Shown one piece after another: positions 8,858-17,140 of a stretch of DNA of 33,666 bases. The position numbers were made by a program, and so were the translations under genes. A model generated the notes under the pieces. The model had not been told where the DNA came from. It did no database searches and saw only the letters and a program-made list of their open reading frames with translations. Position 1 is the stretch's first letter, and the number at the start of each line of letters is the position of its first letter. This stretch comes from a virus. Its lineage: Duplodnaviria > Caudoviricetes. Location of the stretch: IMG/VR virus record IMGVR_UViG_3300017747_003119, positions 1 to 33,666 of that record. One strand, 5' to 3'.

Positions 8858-9694
8858 ATGTCGGAAGTCACAAGCACAATCCACGGCCAGTTACCCTGCA
8901 AGGTCCACGAAGCGGCGAACATCTTTCCAATGATGTCGCCGGATGAATTCGATGGCCTGAAGAAAGACATCGCGGAGCACGGCGTCAAAGACAAGATCGT
9001 CTTTTGGGACGGCCGCTTGCTCGACGGCCGCAACCGGCTATCCGCGATGATCGCACTCGGCATTGATTGGGAGCCGCATCGCCGCGACTTGAAGATTGCC
9101 GAAGACCCGGTGGCGTATGTGATCAGTCACAACTTGCATCGTCGTCATCTTGACACATCGCAACGTGCGATGGTCGCCGCAAAGTTGCGGCCACTCTATG
9201 AGCAGCAAGCGAAGGACCGACAGAAGATCCGAAAGGGCAGGCAAGCGGGCGCAGAGGCAACTATGGAAAATTTGCCACAGTTGGATTCATCGAGCGCCCG
9301 TGATGCCGCAGGCGAAGCCCTCAACGTCTCAGGCAAAACGGTTGATGCCGCAACTGTCGTCCTCGAAACCGGCAACAAAGAACTCATCTCGCTGGTCGAG
9401 CAGGGCGAAGTCGCCGTTAGCGCCGTCGCCAAGCAATTGAAAGACGATCAGGCGAGCGCCGCTGAGATTGTTGAGCGCATTAAGTCGGGCGAAGCCGCCG
9501 CGCCGAAGTCAAGCGGCCCGACGCAGTGGGACCGCTGGGAATCGCTGAACGAAAAGGCTCGCTCGTTCTTCGATCAACTCGTTGCCGAACGTCGCGAGAA
9601 TGACAAGAGCAACGCGGTTTTGAGTCTGTATGAGCAGCTAGAGTCCGCAGTTCGGGCGTATCGAAAATCAGTTTCACGAAATCGCGGAGTTTAG
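8858..9694 (+). CDS. ParB N-terminal domain protein
   Basis: HEAANIFPMM...EF..LK.DI..HG....I......LLDGRNR..A and VISHNLHRRHL..SQRAM motifs, followed by an HTH-like ARD.AGE.LNVSGKTV segment. Confidence 0.8.
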   Translation: MSEVTSTIHGQLPCKVHEAANIFPMMSPDEFDGLKKDIAEHGVKDKIVFWDGRLLDGRNRLSAMIALGIDWEPHRRDLKIAEDPVAYVISHNLHRRHLDTSQRAMVAAKLRPLYEQQAKDRQKIRKGRQAGAEATMENLPQLDSSSARDAAGEALNVSGKTVDAATVVLETGNKELISLVEQGEVAVSAVAKQLKDDQASAAEIVERIKSGEAAAPKSSGPTQWDRWESLNEKARSFFDQLVAERRENDKSNAVLSLYEQLESAVRAYRKSVSRNRGV

Positions 9695-9696
9695 TC

Positions 9697-10554
9697 ATGG
9701 CATGGCAAATGATCGGAAAGCCGACAACGCAGGTCGCGGATCATCAGTTGGTCGAGCGGTTCGCAACAATGACTCGCTTCGGTGGAGATCGCAAGCTCAA
9801 TAAGGGGCGATGCGAACGACTTCGCACGCTGCTTGACGAAGGCAAGTTTCGCACGTGCGCATGGGCAACGTGTCATTGTCGCGCCGACGGCAAGGACTAC
9901 CGCATCAACGGACAGCACACGTCGCACGTCCTGTCGGAGTTCAACGGTTCGCTTCCGGCCGTGTTCGTTACGGTCGAGCGATACGAAGCCGACACGCTCG
10001 AAGACGTCGCGGAGTTGTTCGCAACCTTTGACCCGCGATGGTCAACTCGCACAACGGCCGACACGAACAATGCTTTCGCACATGCAATCCCGGCTTTGGC
10101 CGAAGTCAATCCGCGTGCGATCGACTTGGCGGCCTCCGGCATGGCTCTTTATTTCGGCGGCGGCTCGCGCCATCGCGTGACGCAAGAGCAGCGCGGCCGA
10201 AGCATCGCGAAGAATACGACGTTTGTGCTGTGGCTCAACGGAATCGACATTTGCACGCAGGCGACAAAGCGATTCATGGCGCGGTCGGCGGTCGCTGCGG
10301 CGATGTATGCCTGCCACTCCCAAGACCAAGAGGCTGCGACCGAATTCTGGACGGCCGTGAGAAACGCGAGCGAGCCGGACGCCTGCCACCCAACGCGCAT
10401 GCTTGAGCGATATCTGATCGGCGCGAAGGGTAGGACCGACGACCGCGAAATCTTCGCCAAGTGCGTCAATGCTTGGAATGCTTGGCGTCGCGGGACGGTC
10501 ACGCTCAAGGTTCTGAAGTGGTTCCCTGAGTCGCCGCGCCCCGAAGCCATCTAA
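9697..10554 (+). CDS. ParB-superfamily (DGQH-like motif) protein
   Basis: DRKL.......L...L..G.F and INGQHTS resemble the DGQHR motif region. TFD....R motif follows. Confidence 0.5.
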   Translation: MAWQMIGKPTTQVADHQLVERFATMTRFGGDRKLNKGRCERLRTLLDEGKFRTCAWATCHCRADGKDYRINGQHTSHVLSEFNGSLPAVFVTVERYEADTLEDVAELFATFDPRWSTRTTADTNNAFAHAIPALAEVNPRAIDLAASGMALYFGGGSRHRVTQEQRGRSIAKNTTFVLWLNGIDICTQATKRFMARSAVAAAMYACHSQDQEAATEFWTAVRNASEPDACHPTRMLERYLIGAKGRTDDREIFAKCVNAWNAWRRGTVTLKVLKWFPESPRPEAI

Positions 10555-10594
10555 CCCGCACTCTTCTCCCGCCGGCTCGTCGCCAGCGGAGTCC

Positions 10595-10637
10595 CTCTCG
10601 GGCGGTCGATCCCCACGGCCGGCCGCTCGGGAGTTTT
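10595..10637 (+). terminator. Putative intrinsic terminator/attenuator hairpin
   Basis: 14-bp stem CTCTCGGGCGGTCG / CGGCCGCTCGGGAG, whose three non-Watson-Crick positions are all G-U, followed by TTTT. Confidence 0.45.
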
Positions 10638-10658
10638 CACTCAAGCACGGATGCAACC

Positions 10659-11030
10659 ATGCCACTAGCACGAACAACAGACGGCCCGGCAAGTCACCGC
10701 GCCGCCGCAACGATCCCCTGCGACGAGAAAGACAAGAACAAACCGACGCCCGAGCTACTCGCCGCCGTGCTGATGTGCTTGCCGACTCATGACGATTGGA
10801 ACCAACCGCAGATCGAAGCCCTGATGCGATCCACTCCGGCAGGCATTCGTCCCGACAACGGCGAGCGCTGGAGCGATCAACGAGTACGCGGCTGCCTCAA
10901 GTGGCTGGAGACGCAAGGCCGCACGGAGATTGCAGACGACGGCGGACGTTATACGAGGTTTCGCTGTGTCGCTCCGAAGCCGAGCGAGTCGCAGCCGGAA
11001 GTGAAGGCCATTCAAACATCGATGTTCTAA
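10659..11030 (+). CDS. Hypothetical protein, possible winged-helix
   Basis: ART.D...SH.AA N-terminus and a SDQRVRGCLKWLE..G helix. Confidence 0.5.
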   Translation: MPLARTTDGPASHRAAATIPCDEKDKNKPTPELLAAVLMCLPTHDDWNQPQIEALMRSTPAGIRPDNGERWSDQRVRGCLKWLETQGRTEIADDGGRYTRFRCVAPKPSESQPEVKAIQTSMF

Positions 11031-11040
11031 GGAGCGACCA

Positions 11041-11148
11041 ATGGACGACAACCGCCCGGCAATCTGGTTCATCGCGTTCGTGGTCGCCTCGGCGGTGGTG
11101 CTCATCGCGGTGACGTGCAAGGCAATGGAAGCGATGCAGGGACTGTAG
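11041..11148 (+). CDS. Small single-TM protein (35 aa, not in ORF track)
   Basis: AAGGAG RBS, then MDDNRPAIWFIAFVVASAVVLIAVTCKAMEAMQGL. Confidence 0.55.
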   Translation: MDDNRPAIWFIAFVVASAVVLIAVTCKAMEAMQGL

Positions 11149-11233
11149 GAGACGCGGCGAAGATGCCGCTGGACATCAAGGACGCAGGCTCGGCGGGCTG
11201 ACGGAAGGCCCGGCCGAGAAGGAGACGCAGGAT
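11125..11233 (+). ncRNA. Candidate CsrA-binding GGA-repeat RNA element
   Basis: Eight GGA motifs in about 106 nt, several in hairpin loops. csrA homolog lies about 2 kb downstream. Confidence 0.4.
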
Positions 11234-11609
11234 GGGCACGAACTATTACCTACATCAAAACGTTTGCGAACATTGCAAGCGATCCGACGAGCCGGTTCAT
11301 ATCGGCAAATCTTCGGGCGGCTGGTCTTTTAGCTTTCGCGGCTATCGATCGGAGCACGATCCGCTCGGCGCGATTACGTCAGAGGCCGATTGGCGGCGCG
11401 TGATCACGGAAGGCGACGGGCAGATATTAAACGAGTACGGCGACCGCATCGGCGTGATTGAGTTCTGGCAGATGATCGAAGCAAAGAAGATTGAGCCAAA
11501 CAACCATACGACCTACTGCCGGAATGATGCGCAGCACAGCGACCACGGCTACAGGTTCTGCGACTACGACGACGCCGGAAATTCGTTCACGTTTTCGGAC
11601 TTCAGTTAA
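11232..11609 (+). CDS. Conserved phage hypothetical protein
   Basis: MGTNYY..C..C...HIGKSSGGW.F...I.NEYG...DFS pattern familiar from phage ORFs. Strong RBS. Confidence 0.7.
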   Translation: MGTNYYLHQNVCEHCKRSDEPVHIGKSSGGWSFSFRGYRSEHDPLGAITSEADWRRVITEGDGQILNEYGDRIGVIEFWQMIEAKKIEPNNHTTYCRNDAQHSDHGYRFCDYDDAGNSFTFSDFS

Positions 11610-11620
11610 GGAACAATTAC

Positions 11621-11803
11621 ATGGCACGGACTGCCAGATACGAAATCGCCCCTACGCAAGTCGGCTACGTCGTAATCGACAACCTAACAAGCATGCGAGT
11701 TCGCGGCCCCTTCGATGGCCCGACCGGACGCAAGGTAGCGGCGGAGGCTCGCGACAAGCTGGAACGCGAAGCCGAGGCTAAGCGAGCGCGGGGTGCGAGA
11801 TGA
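11621..11803 (+). CDS. Hypothetical protein
   Basis: AAGGAA RBS. Stop overlaps the next start (ATGA). Confidence 0.6.
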   Translation: MARTARYEIAPTQVGYVVIDNLTSMRVRGPFDGPTGRKVAAEARDKLEREAEAKRARGAR

Positions 11804-12006
11804 ACCGCATCCAGCCGACCGAAACGGCACTACACACGGTCGCCCTGATCAAAGGCGACGAGCGGTATTTGTTCGTGTTCGACGACACGCAAGAGCCGGA
11901 AGTGCTGCGAGTGTTCGGCCGTTTTGCCAGTAATCCGACGCTTTCGTTTACGTGGTACGACGCGGCCGTGTTGAGTCAGAAGATTCGCGAAAGGAGGAAC
12001 GTATGA
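11800..12006 (+). CDS. Small protein resembling a planctomycete-conserved hypothetical
   Basis: ALIKGDERYLFVFDD....VLRVFGRFASNP.LSFTWYDAAVLSQKIR, recalled from planctomycete genomes and not verified by search. Confidence 0.7.
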   Translation: MNRIQPTETALHTVALIKGDERYLFVFDDTQEPEVLRVFGRFASNPTLSFTWYDAAVLSQKIRERRNV

Positions 12007-12269
12007 GCGCAACCAACTGCCGAACCGATTGCACGGCCCTCAAGTGCGAACATTGCGGCGCAACCGGCGTCGCGATGGAAACTCCCATCCACGGCGTGAC
12101 GATGCGATTCGCCACCTTTGCGTGCGGCTCGGAGTCGTCTGAAAAGCTGATCAACGGCGAGTGGCAGCAAGGCGGCACGATTCGCGGTTCGCTGTGTCGC
12201 AAGAACTGCGGCGAAGTGGACAAGCCGACCGAGATGCCGGACCTGCGAAGTTGGAAGCGAAGGGGATGA
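12003..12269 (+). CDS. Cys-rich hypothetical protein
   Basis: AGGAGG RBS, ATGA coupling, CxxC motifs. Confidence 0.55.
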   Translation: MSATNCRTDCTALKCEHCGATGVAMETPIHGVTMRFATFACGSESSEKLINGEWQQGGTIRGSLCRKNCGEVDKPTEMPDLRSWKRRG

Positions 12270-12315
12270 TGCGTGCGGCTTTTGCCGCGGCGGAACAACT
12301 AAGGGGAGAGAGCTG

Positions 12316-12531
12316 ATGTTGAGCAAAGAGAACTATCCGATGTACGCGGCTTCATACGGCGTGAGCGTGTGCGGCCTGACTACTCGCGAACTGTTCGCCG
12401 CGATGGCGATGCAAGGGCTGTGTGCGTGCCAGGGTGCTTACGAGGAATGGACTGTAGAGCAAAAGGCGGCAGCGGCCGTGAGGCAAGCCGACGCCCTGAT
12501 CGCCGAACTCAACAAGCCGAAGGGAGCGTGA
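12316..12531 (+). CDS. Conserved phage hypothetical protein
   Basis: GLTTRELFAAMAMQGL...AVRQADALIAEL motif, common in phage early genes. Confidence 0.75.
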   Translation: MLSKENYPMYAASYGVSVCGLTTRELFAAMAMQGLCACQGAYEEWTVEQKAAAAVRQADALIAELNKPKGA

Positions 12532-12535
12532 TGCG

Positions 12536-12904
12536 ATGAGCGAATTCAAGGGAACGCCGGGGCCGTATGAGTTTGTGCCGATCGATAAGTTCCCTTTCGG
12601 CTACGAGATCAAGGCGGGCGACGACACGCTGGCAAGTCAAGATTCTGCGGCATGGGCGAGCGGTCAAAAGACTCGCGAGGACAATCTCATGGGGATCGGG
12701 TTCCCACCTGGGGAGCGAGCGGAAGTTGTCGCGGCGATCGCGAAGCAGGAATCCAACGGCAAGCTGTTTGCCGCGTCGTTCGACTTGCTCGAAGCCTGTC
12801 AGATTGCCCGCGAGTGGTTCAACGCGAACTGCGCGATGACGGCAAGAGAGAGCAAGTTCACCGTCGGCTCGCTCGACGCCGCGATTCGCAAGGCCACGTC
12901 ATGA
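12536..12904 (+). CDS. Conserved phage hypothetical protein
   Basis: MSEFKGTPGP...N..L.AA..DLLEA...AAI.KA family pattern. Confidence 0.7.
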   Translation: MSEFKGTPGPYEFVPIDKFPFGYEIKAGDDTLASQDSAAWASGQKTREDNLMGIGFPPGERAEVVAAIAKQESNGKLFAASFDLLEACQIAREWFNANCAMTARESKFTVGSLDAAIRKATS

Positions 12905-12990
12905 CCGACCGCACCGCATCCCGCCTGTTCGTTACCGCCGTCGTCGTGATCGGCTGCGGGCTGGCGATTTGGGCTTTTTTGAAAGGATGA
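12901..12990 (+). CDS. Small single-TM peptide (29 aa)
   Basis: ATGA coupling. MTDRTASRLFVTAVVVIGCGLAIWAFLKG. Confidence 0.45.
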   Translation: MTDRTASRLFVTAVVVIGCGLAIWAFLKG

Positions 12991-12994
12991 CACG

Positions 12995-13222
12995 ATGAGA
13001 AAGATTATTGACTCGAAGCGCGAAGCCGCATTAGTAGACGCCCTCAGCGCCATGCACGACCAAGCGGCGGCACTCGAAGAACCGCTCGCCAAGATCGTCG
13101 CGGCCCTGCGTGATTTCGAGGCGCACGACGATGTGGAAGTGTTCGACACGTTTCTGGCCTATGCCCGCGACTTGACGCAAGAGTCGCTGTCGATGGCGCA
13201 GGCGATTGAGAATCGCGAGTAG
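12995..13222 (+). CDS. Hypothetical helical protein
   Basis: AAGGA RBS, fits operon packing. Confidence 0.55.
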   Translation: MRKIIDSKREAALVDALSAMHDQAAALEEPLAKIVAALRDFEAHDDVEVFDTFLAYARDLTQESLSMAQAIENRE

Positions 13223-13258
13223 TTACGAAACGGCACGAAGCCACCAAGGAGCAACGGA

Positions 13259-13462
13259 ATGCTAGCCCTCACAGTCAAGACAGGTCACTCAGTTCAAATC
13301 GGAAACACAACCGTGCATGTCGTGCGACTGAAAGATAACGGCGTCGTGCTGGCGATCGACGCGCCGCCGAATGTGCCGATCGTTCGAGACGATGCCAAAA
13401 GCAGGGAGCCGAAACATTTGATCGACGCGGAAAAACTTAACCAAGCAACAGGGAGCGAGTGA
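13259..13462 (+). CDS. csrA: Carbon storage regulator CsrA/RsmA-family RNA-binding protein
   Basis: MLALTVKTGHSVQIG..TVHVV.....V.LAIDAP.NVPIVR aligns with the CsrA pattern MLILTR..GE...IG....V.V......VRIG..AP..V.V.R. Confidence 0.85.
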   Translation: MLALTVKTGHSVQIGNTTVHVVRLKDNGVVLAIDAPPNVPIVRDDAKSREPKHLIDAEKLNQATGSE

Positions 13463-14370
13463 ACATGGAGACCGCAACCGAAGAAACGAGCGTCTCGAAA
13501 CTACCGGCCGTAAGTTACGACATCTCGGCGGAGCGGCTCGCCGAATTGGAGGCCGAGTGCGCGACGCTCGACCCGACCAAGGGGACGAAGGCATACGACG
13601 AGGCCCGCGTTGTGCTGCGAAAGCTCGTCACGACCCGCACGGCGATGGACAAGAAGCGGAAGGAACTCAAGGCCGATTCGCTCGCCTGGGGCCGGCTTGT
13701 CGATTCCGAATATAAGAAGTGGGAAACGAAGCTGTTGGCGATCGAGGAACCCGTCGCCGCGAAGATCAAAGCCGTGGACGACGCAAAGGAGAATGCTCGC
13801 CGGGCCAAGGAAGAGGCCGAACGCAAGGCACTCGAAGCCGAACTGGAAGCCAAGCGAGCGGCCGAAGCGGCTGCACGGAAGGCCGAGCAAGACCGCATCG
13901 CCGAAGCAAACCGCGTTGAAGCCGAACGACTCGCCGCGATCGCCGCCGAGCAAGCCGCGAAGCAAAAGGAAATCGACGAGGCGAACGCGAAGATCAAGGC
14001 CGAGCAGGCGGCGGCTCAAAAGCTGATCGACGACCAACTGGCCGAGATCGCCGCAGCTAAGCGGAAGCAGGAGCAGGTCGAGCGCGAAGCCGCGATCAAG
14101 GCCCAAGCCGAGAAGGACGCCGCCGAGCGGATCGAGCGGGAGCGGATTGCGGCCGAAGAACGCAAGGCCGCGCAAGAGCGGGCGGACGCGATCGAGAAGG
14201 CTCGCATCGAAGCGGCCCGGCCGGATGTGGAGAAGATCAATTCATTGGCGTTCGCACTTTGCACGATCACGCTTCCGCAGGTCAGCACGGAAAAGGCATT
14301 GTTCTTTGTCGCGCAACTTCGTGCCGACATCGCCGAGATCGTCGAACGCTGCAAGGGGTTCAAAGCATGA
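13459..14370 (+). CDS. Coiled-coil phage protein
   Basis: E/K/A/R-rich, with R...DKKRKELK...L..GR.VD motif. Precedes the recombination genes. Confidence 0.7.
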   Translation: MNMETATEETSVSKLPAVSYDISAERLAELEAECATLDPTKGTKAYDEARVVLRKLVTTRTAMDKKRKELKADSLAWGRLVDSEYKKWETKLLAIEEPVAAKIKAVDDAKENARRAKEEAERKALEAELEAKRAAEAAARKAEQDRIAEANRVEAERLAAIAAEQAAKQKEIDEANAKIKAEQAAAQKLIDDQLAEIAAAKRKQEQVEREAAIKAQAEKDAAERIERERIAAEERKAAQERADAIEKARIEAARPDVEKINSLAFALCTITLPQVSTEKALFFVAQLRADIAEIVERCKGFKA

Positions 14371-15227
14371 CCGCAATCCCCGCCCCGCAATTTTGGGAAC
14401 TCGGCAACGCCGCCTATCACGCCGACACAACCGCGATCAGCAACAGCGGCCTAAAGCTCGTGATTCAAAACCCGGCTTTGTATTACTACCAAAAGCTATC
14501 TGGCCTTTACACGCCGAAGCCCAAGAAGCATTTCGAGGAAGGCACGGCCCTGGATGAAGCGATCTTGCGGCCGTCGAAGTACGTCGGCGAGCACGTGATT
14601 CATTACCCGCAATCCTGTCTCACGGCAAACGGCGCGAAGCATTCGGCGAAGTGCAAGGAATTCGAGGAAGCAAACCCCGGCAAGGTTTGCGTGAAAGAGT
14701 CCGATGAGTTGTGTCGCTGGATTCACGCGATTCGGATGCACAAGTCGGCACGCTCGCTACTCGAAGCGGATTGCACGTATCAAGCGACGATCGCTTGGCA
14801 CGATCAAGAGTTCGGCGTGAACCGGCGATCGCGATTCGACTGCCTGCACAAAGACGGCGCACTGATTATTGATCTAAAGACGACCGGCACCGACGCTTCG
14901 CCGCGACAGTGCGCGAGCGAGTGCGCCAAGTGGGGCTATCACCGGCAAGCGGCGTTCTACCAAGACGCAGTAGAGGCGATGTACGGCGAGCGCGTGCCGT
15001 TCGTGTTTATCTTCGTCGCCAAAGAGCCGCCCTATCGAGTCGAGACGTTCGAGCTTGACGACGAGTTTTTAAGGATCGGCCGCGACCAGAACGCAAAGGG
15101 CTTGCGGACCTACGCCAAGTGCTTGAAGTCGGGAGTCTGGCAACCCGAGACGCATGGCCGAATTATGAAGCTGTCCGCACCGCGACATCTGCGGTGGGAC
15201 AACCAATGGGATTTTGACGGCAACTAA
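14367..15227 (+). CDS. RecE/exonuclease VIII-like PD-(D/E)XK exonuclease (DUF3799-like)
   Basis: YHAD..AISNSGLK, GTA, RFD, IIDLKTT, GYHRQAAFY and FVFIFVAKEPPY motifs. Confidence 0.88.
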   Translation: MTAIPAPQFWELGNAAYHADTTAISNSGLKLVIQNPALYYYQKLSGLYTPKPKKHFEEGTALDEAILRPSKYVGEHVIHYPQSCLTANGAKHSAKCKEFEEANPGKVCVKESDELCRWIHAIRMHKSARSLLEADCTYQATIAWHDQEFGVNRRSRFDCLHKDGALIIDLKTTGTDASPRQCASECAKWGYHRQAAFYQDAVEAMYGERVPFVFIFVAKEPPYRVETFELDDEFLRIGRDQNAKGLRTYAKCLKSGVWQPETHGRIMKLSAPRHLRWDNQWDFDGN

Positions 15228-15239
15228 CTGGGAGTATTT

Positions 15240-16142
15240 ATGGGAACCGCAATCGCCGAACAACCGAAGCAAAGCGCCGCCGACAAGGTCATCACCTACG
15301 TTCCGCTCGGCGGCAAAACGTCGGTCGAGTTGACCATGACGATGGTTAAGAAGTTCCTTTGCGTGCCGACTCGGCAAGGCAACATCGCATCGGACTCGGA
15401 CATCGTGAAGTTCATGATGCTCTGCAAAGCCCGCGAGCTTGATCCGTGGGTCGGCGATGCCTACCTCGTCGGCTATGACTCCAGCGACGGCCCGGTCTTT
15501 TCTTTGATCACCGCCGCGCAAGCCTTACTGAAGCGGGCGGAAATCTCGCCCGAATACAACGGCATGGAAAGCGGTGTGATTCTCGCCGCCAAGGACGGCA
15601 CGATCACCTACCGCGACGGCGACTTAGTTCTCGACAGCGAAACGCTCGTCGGCGGCTGGGCACGTTGCCATCGCAAGGACCGCGAGCATCCGTCGTTTGA
15701 TTCCCTGAAACTCTCGACGTTCTCGACTGGCAAGAGCCGTTGGCAAAAAGACCCGGCCGGAATGATCGTCAAGTGTGCCGAGGCGTCGGCGCTTCGCAAG
15801 GCGTTCCCGACGCAACTCGGCGGCCTCTACAGCAAAGAGGAAATGGATCACCTCAGCGAAACGCGGATCGACAAGCGGAACGCCGGCAGCGTGTCGCCGA
15901 TGGTCACGGCGTCGAACCTGGATCAACTCGCCGCGAGCATCGAGAAGGAGTTCAAGACGCAGCCGACGTTGACGGCCGACGCTCCAATCCTCGCCGACCG
16001 CTTCGCCGCCTGCAAGACACACAAGGAAGCCCTGAAGCTCCGCGACGAAATCTGCGGCCCTGAATCGACCGCGACGGAAGACGAATGCACGGCCGCGCAG
16101 GAGTTGTGCGACTCTTGGGTTGCGGCCCATCCGAATGCGTGA
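15240..16142 (+). CDS. bet: Phage single-strand annealing protein (Bet/RecT family)
   Basis: FMMLCKARELDPW..DAYLVGY, LVGGWA...RKD and W.K.P..MI.KCAE..ALRKAFP motifs. Adjacent to the exonuclease. Confidence 0.9.
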   Translation: MGTAIAEQPKQSAADKVITYVPLGGKTSVELTMTMVKKFLCVPTRQGNIASDSDIVKFMMLCKARELDPWVGDAYLVGYDSSDGPVFSLITAAQALLKRAEISPEYNGMESGVILAAKDGTITYRDGDLVLDSETLVGGWARCHRKDREHPSFDSLKLSTFSTGKSRWQKDPAGMIVKCAEASALRKAFPTQLGGLYSKEEMDHLSETRIDKRNAGSVSPMVTASNLDQLAASIEKEFKTQPTLTADAPILADRFAACKTHKEALKLRDEICGPESTATEDECTAAQELCDSWVAAHPNA

Positions 16143-16161
16143 CTTTCCGCCGGGCGTTTGA

Positions 16162-16569
16162 GTGACAACCACCAAACAAGCAGAGGTCGAAATGCCCGAG
16201 ATCCAACAAGCCGACCGCGAGCGGATCGTTGAGCACCTAACGTCACTGGCCGAAGTCGTTCACAAGACATGGGGCGTCGCTGAATGCAACGGCTTCACGA
16301 TGGCGATTGACGAGATCAAACGAATGACCACCACCCCGCCCGAGCCGCGAGCGTTAACGGCGGAGGTCGTGATGAACATGCTGCCCAAGACCGACGACTA
16401 CGAAGACCATGTGACCGGGCGATACGGCTATATCACATGGAATTGGTGGGGCGGCGACAAGTTCGTGCTGCTCATTGGCTGCGAGTCCATATGCCTAGCA
16501 TCTTGGACAACCACCCGCTTCGCCGCACTCATCGCGGCGTTCGGCATCGGGGTGGGGGTGAAGTCGTGA
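16162..16569 (+). CDS. Hypothetical protein
   Basis: Operon packing, stop overlaps next GTG. Confidence 0.5.
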   Translation: MTTTKQAEVEMPEIQQADRERIVEHLTSLAEVVHKTWGVAECNGFTMAIDEIKRMTTTPPEPRALTAEVVMNMLPKTDDYEDHVTGRYGYITWNWWGGDKFVLLIGCESICLASWTTTRFAALIAAFGIGVGVKS

Positions 16570-16916
16570 AAATTAAATGCCGATGCGGAGAGCTTTTCGA
16601 CACTCTTCCTCAGTGGAAATTGCACCGCGATTCGACACCCGGGAGCCAGCATTGCGAATACGACTTGAAGGTTGAACCAACTGACGGCCTGCCAAAGGCC
16701 AAGCCGACGCCGAGCCTTCCCGACGAGTGCGTGAAGCTGCTCGACAACGGATGGAACGTCGTGTTGTTCAAGAACGGACTTGGCTCTTACTCAGCCGTCG
16801 CAACCAAAAAGCGACTGCCGGAGAGCGTTATTGACGACGGCGTAATCACCGACGACTTCACGCCGGCAAAGGCTTTGTATCGGCTCACGGAAAAGGTATT
16901 CGGGAACATCGTATGA
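16566..16916 (+). CDS. Hypothetical protein with N-terminal C2H-type Zn motif
   Basis: GTGA coupling, C.CG..F......LH. Confidence 0.5.
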   Translation: MKIKCRCGELFDTLPQWKLHRDSTPGSQHCEYDLKVEPTDGLPKAKPTPSLPDECVKLLDNGWNVVLFKNGLGSYSAVATKKRLPESVIDDGVITDDFTPAKALYRLTEKVFGNIV

Positions 16917-17140
16917 AAGGCAACCCCATGACCGACATCGACCACGCGGCGGAGCGAGTGAGGCCATGCAAGTATTGCCGCTCCGCTGTCGCCGTGAAAC
17001 TCACACCGTTTAATGCGGCCGGTGGAACAGCTTGGGTTGTTCGGTGCGGCGGGTGCGGAGCAGGGTCGGACAAGTTATGGATGAAATCAGACGCGATTAA
17101 GTCATGGAACACGCTGCACAACAAGGAGATTATTCGGTGA
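16913..17140 (+). CDS. Lar-family restriction alleviation protein
   Basis: RPCKYC....VRCGGCGA.......AIKSWN pattern. Confidence 0.7.
   Translation: MKGNPMTDIDHAAERVRPCKYCRSAVAVKLTPFNAAGGTAWVVRCGGCGAGSDKLWMKSDAIKSWNTLHNKEIIR

Noticed and set aside
13780-14220. GCCGAG/GAAGCC quasi-repeats
   Set aside because: Explained by Ala/Glu/Lys/Arg coiled-coil codon usage.
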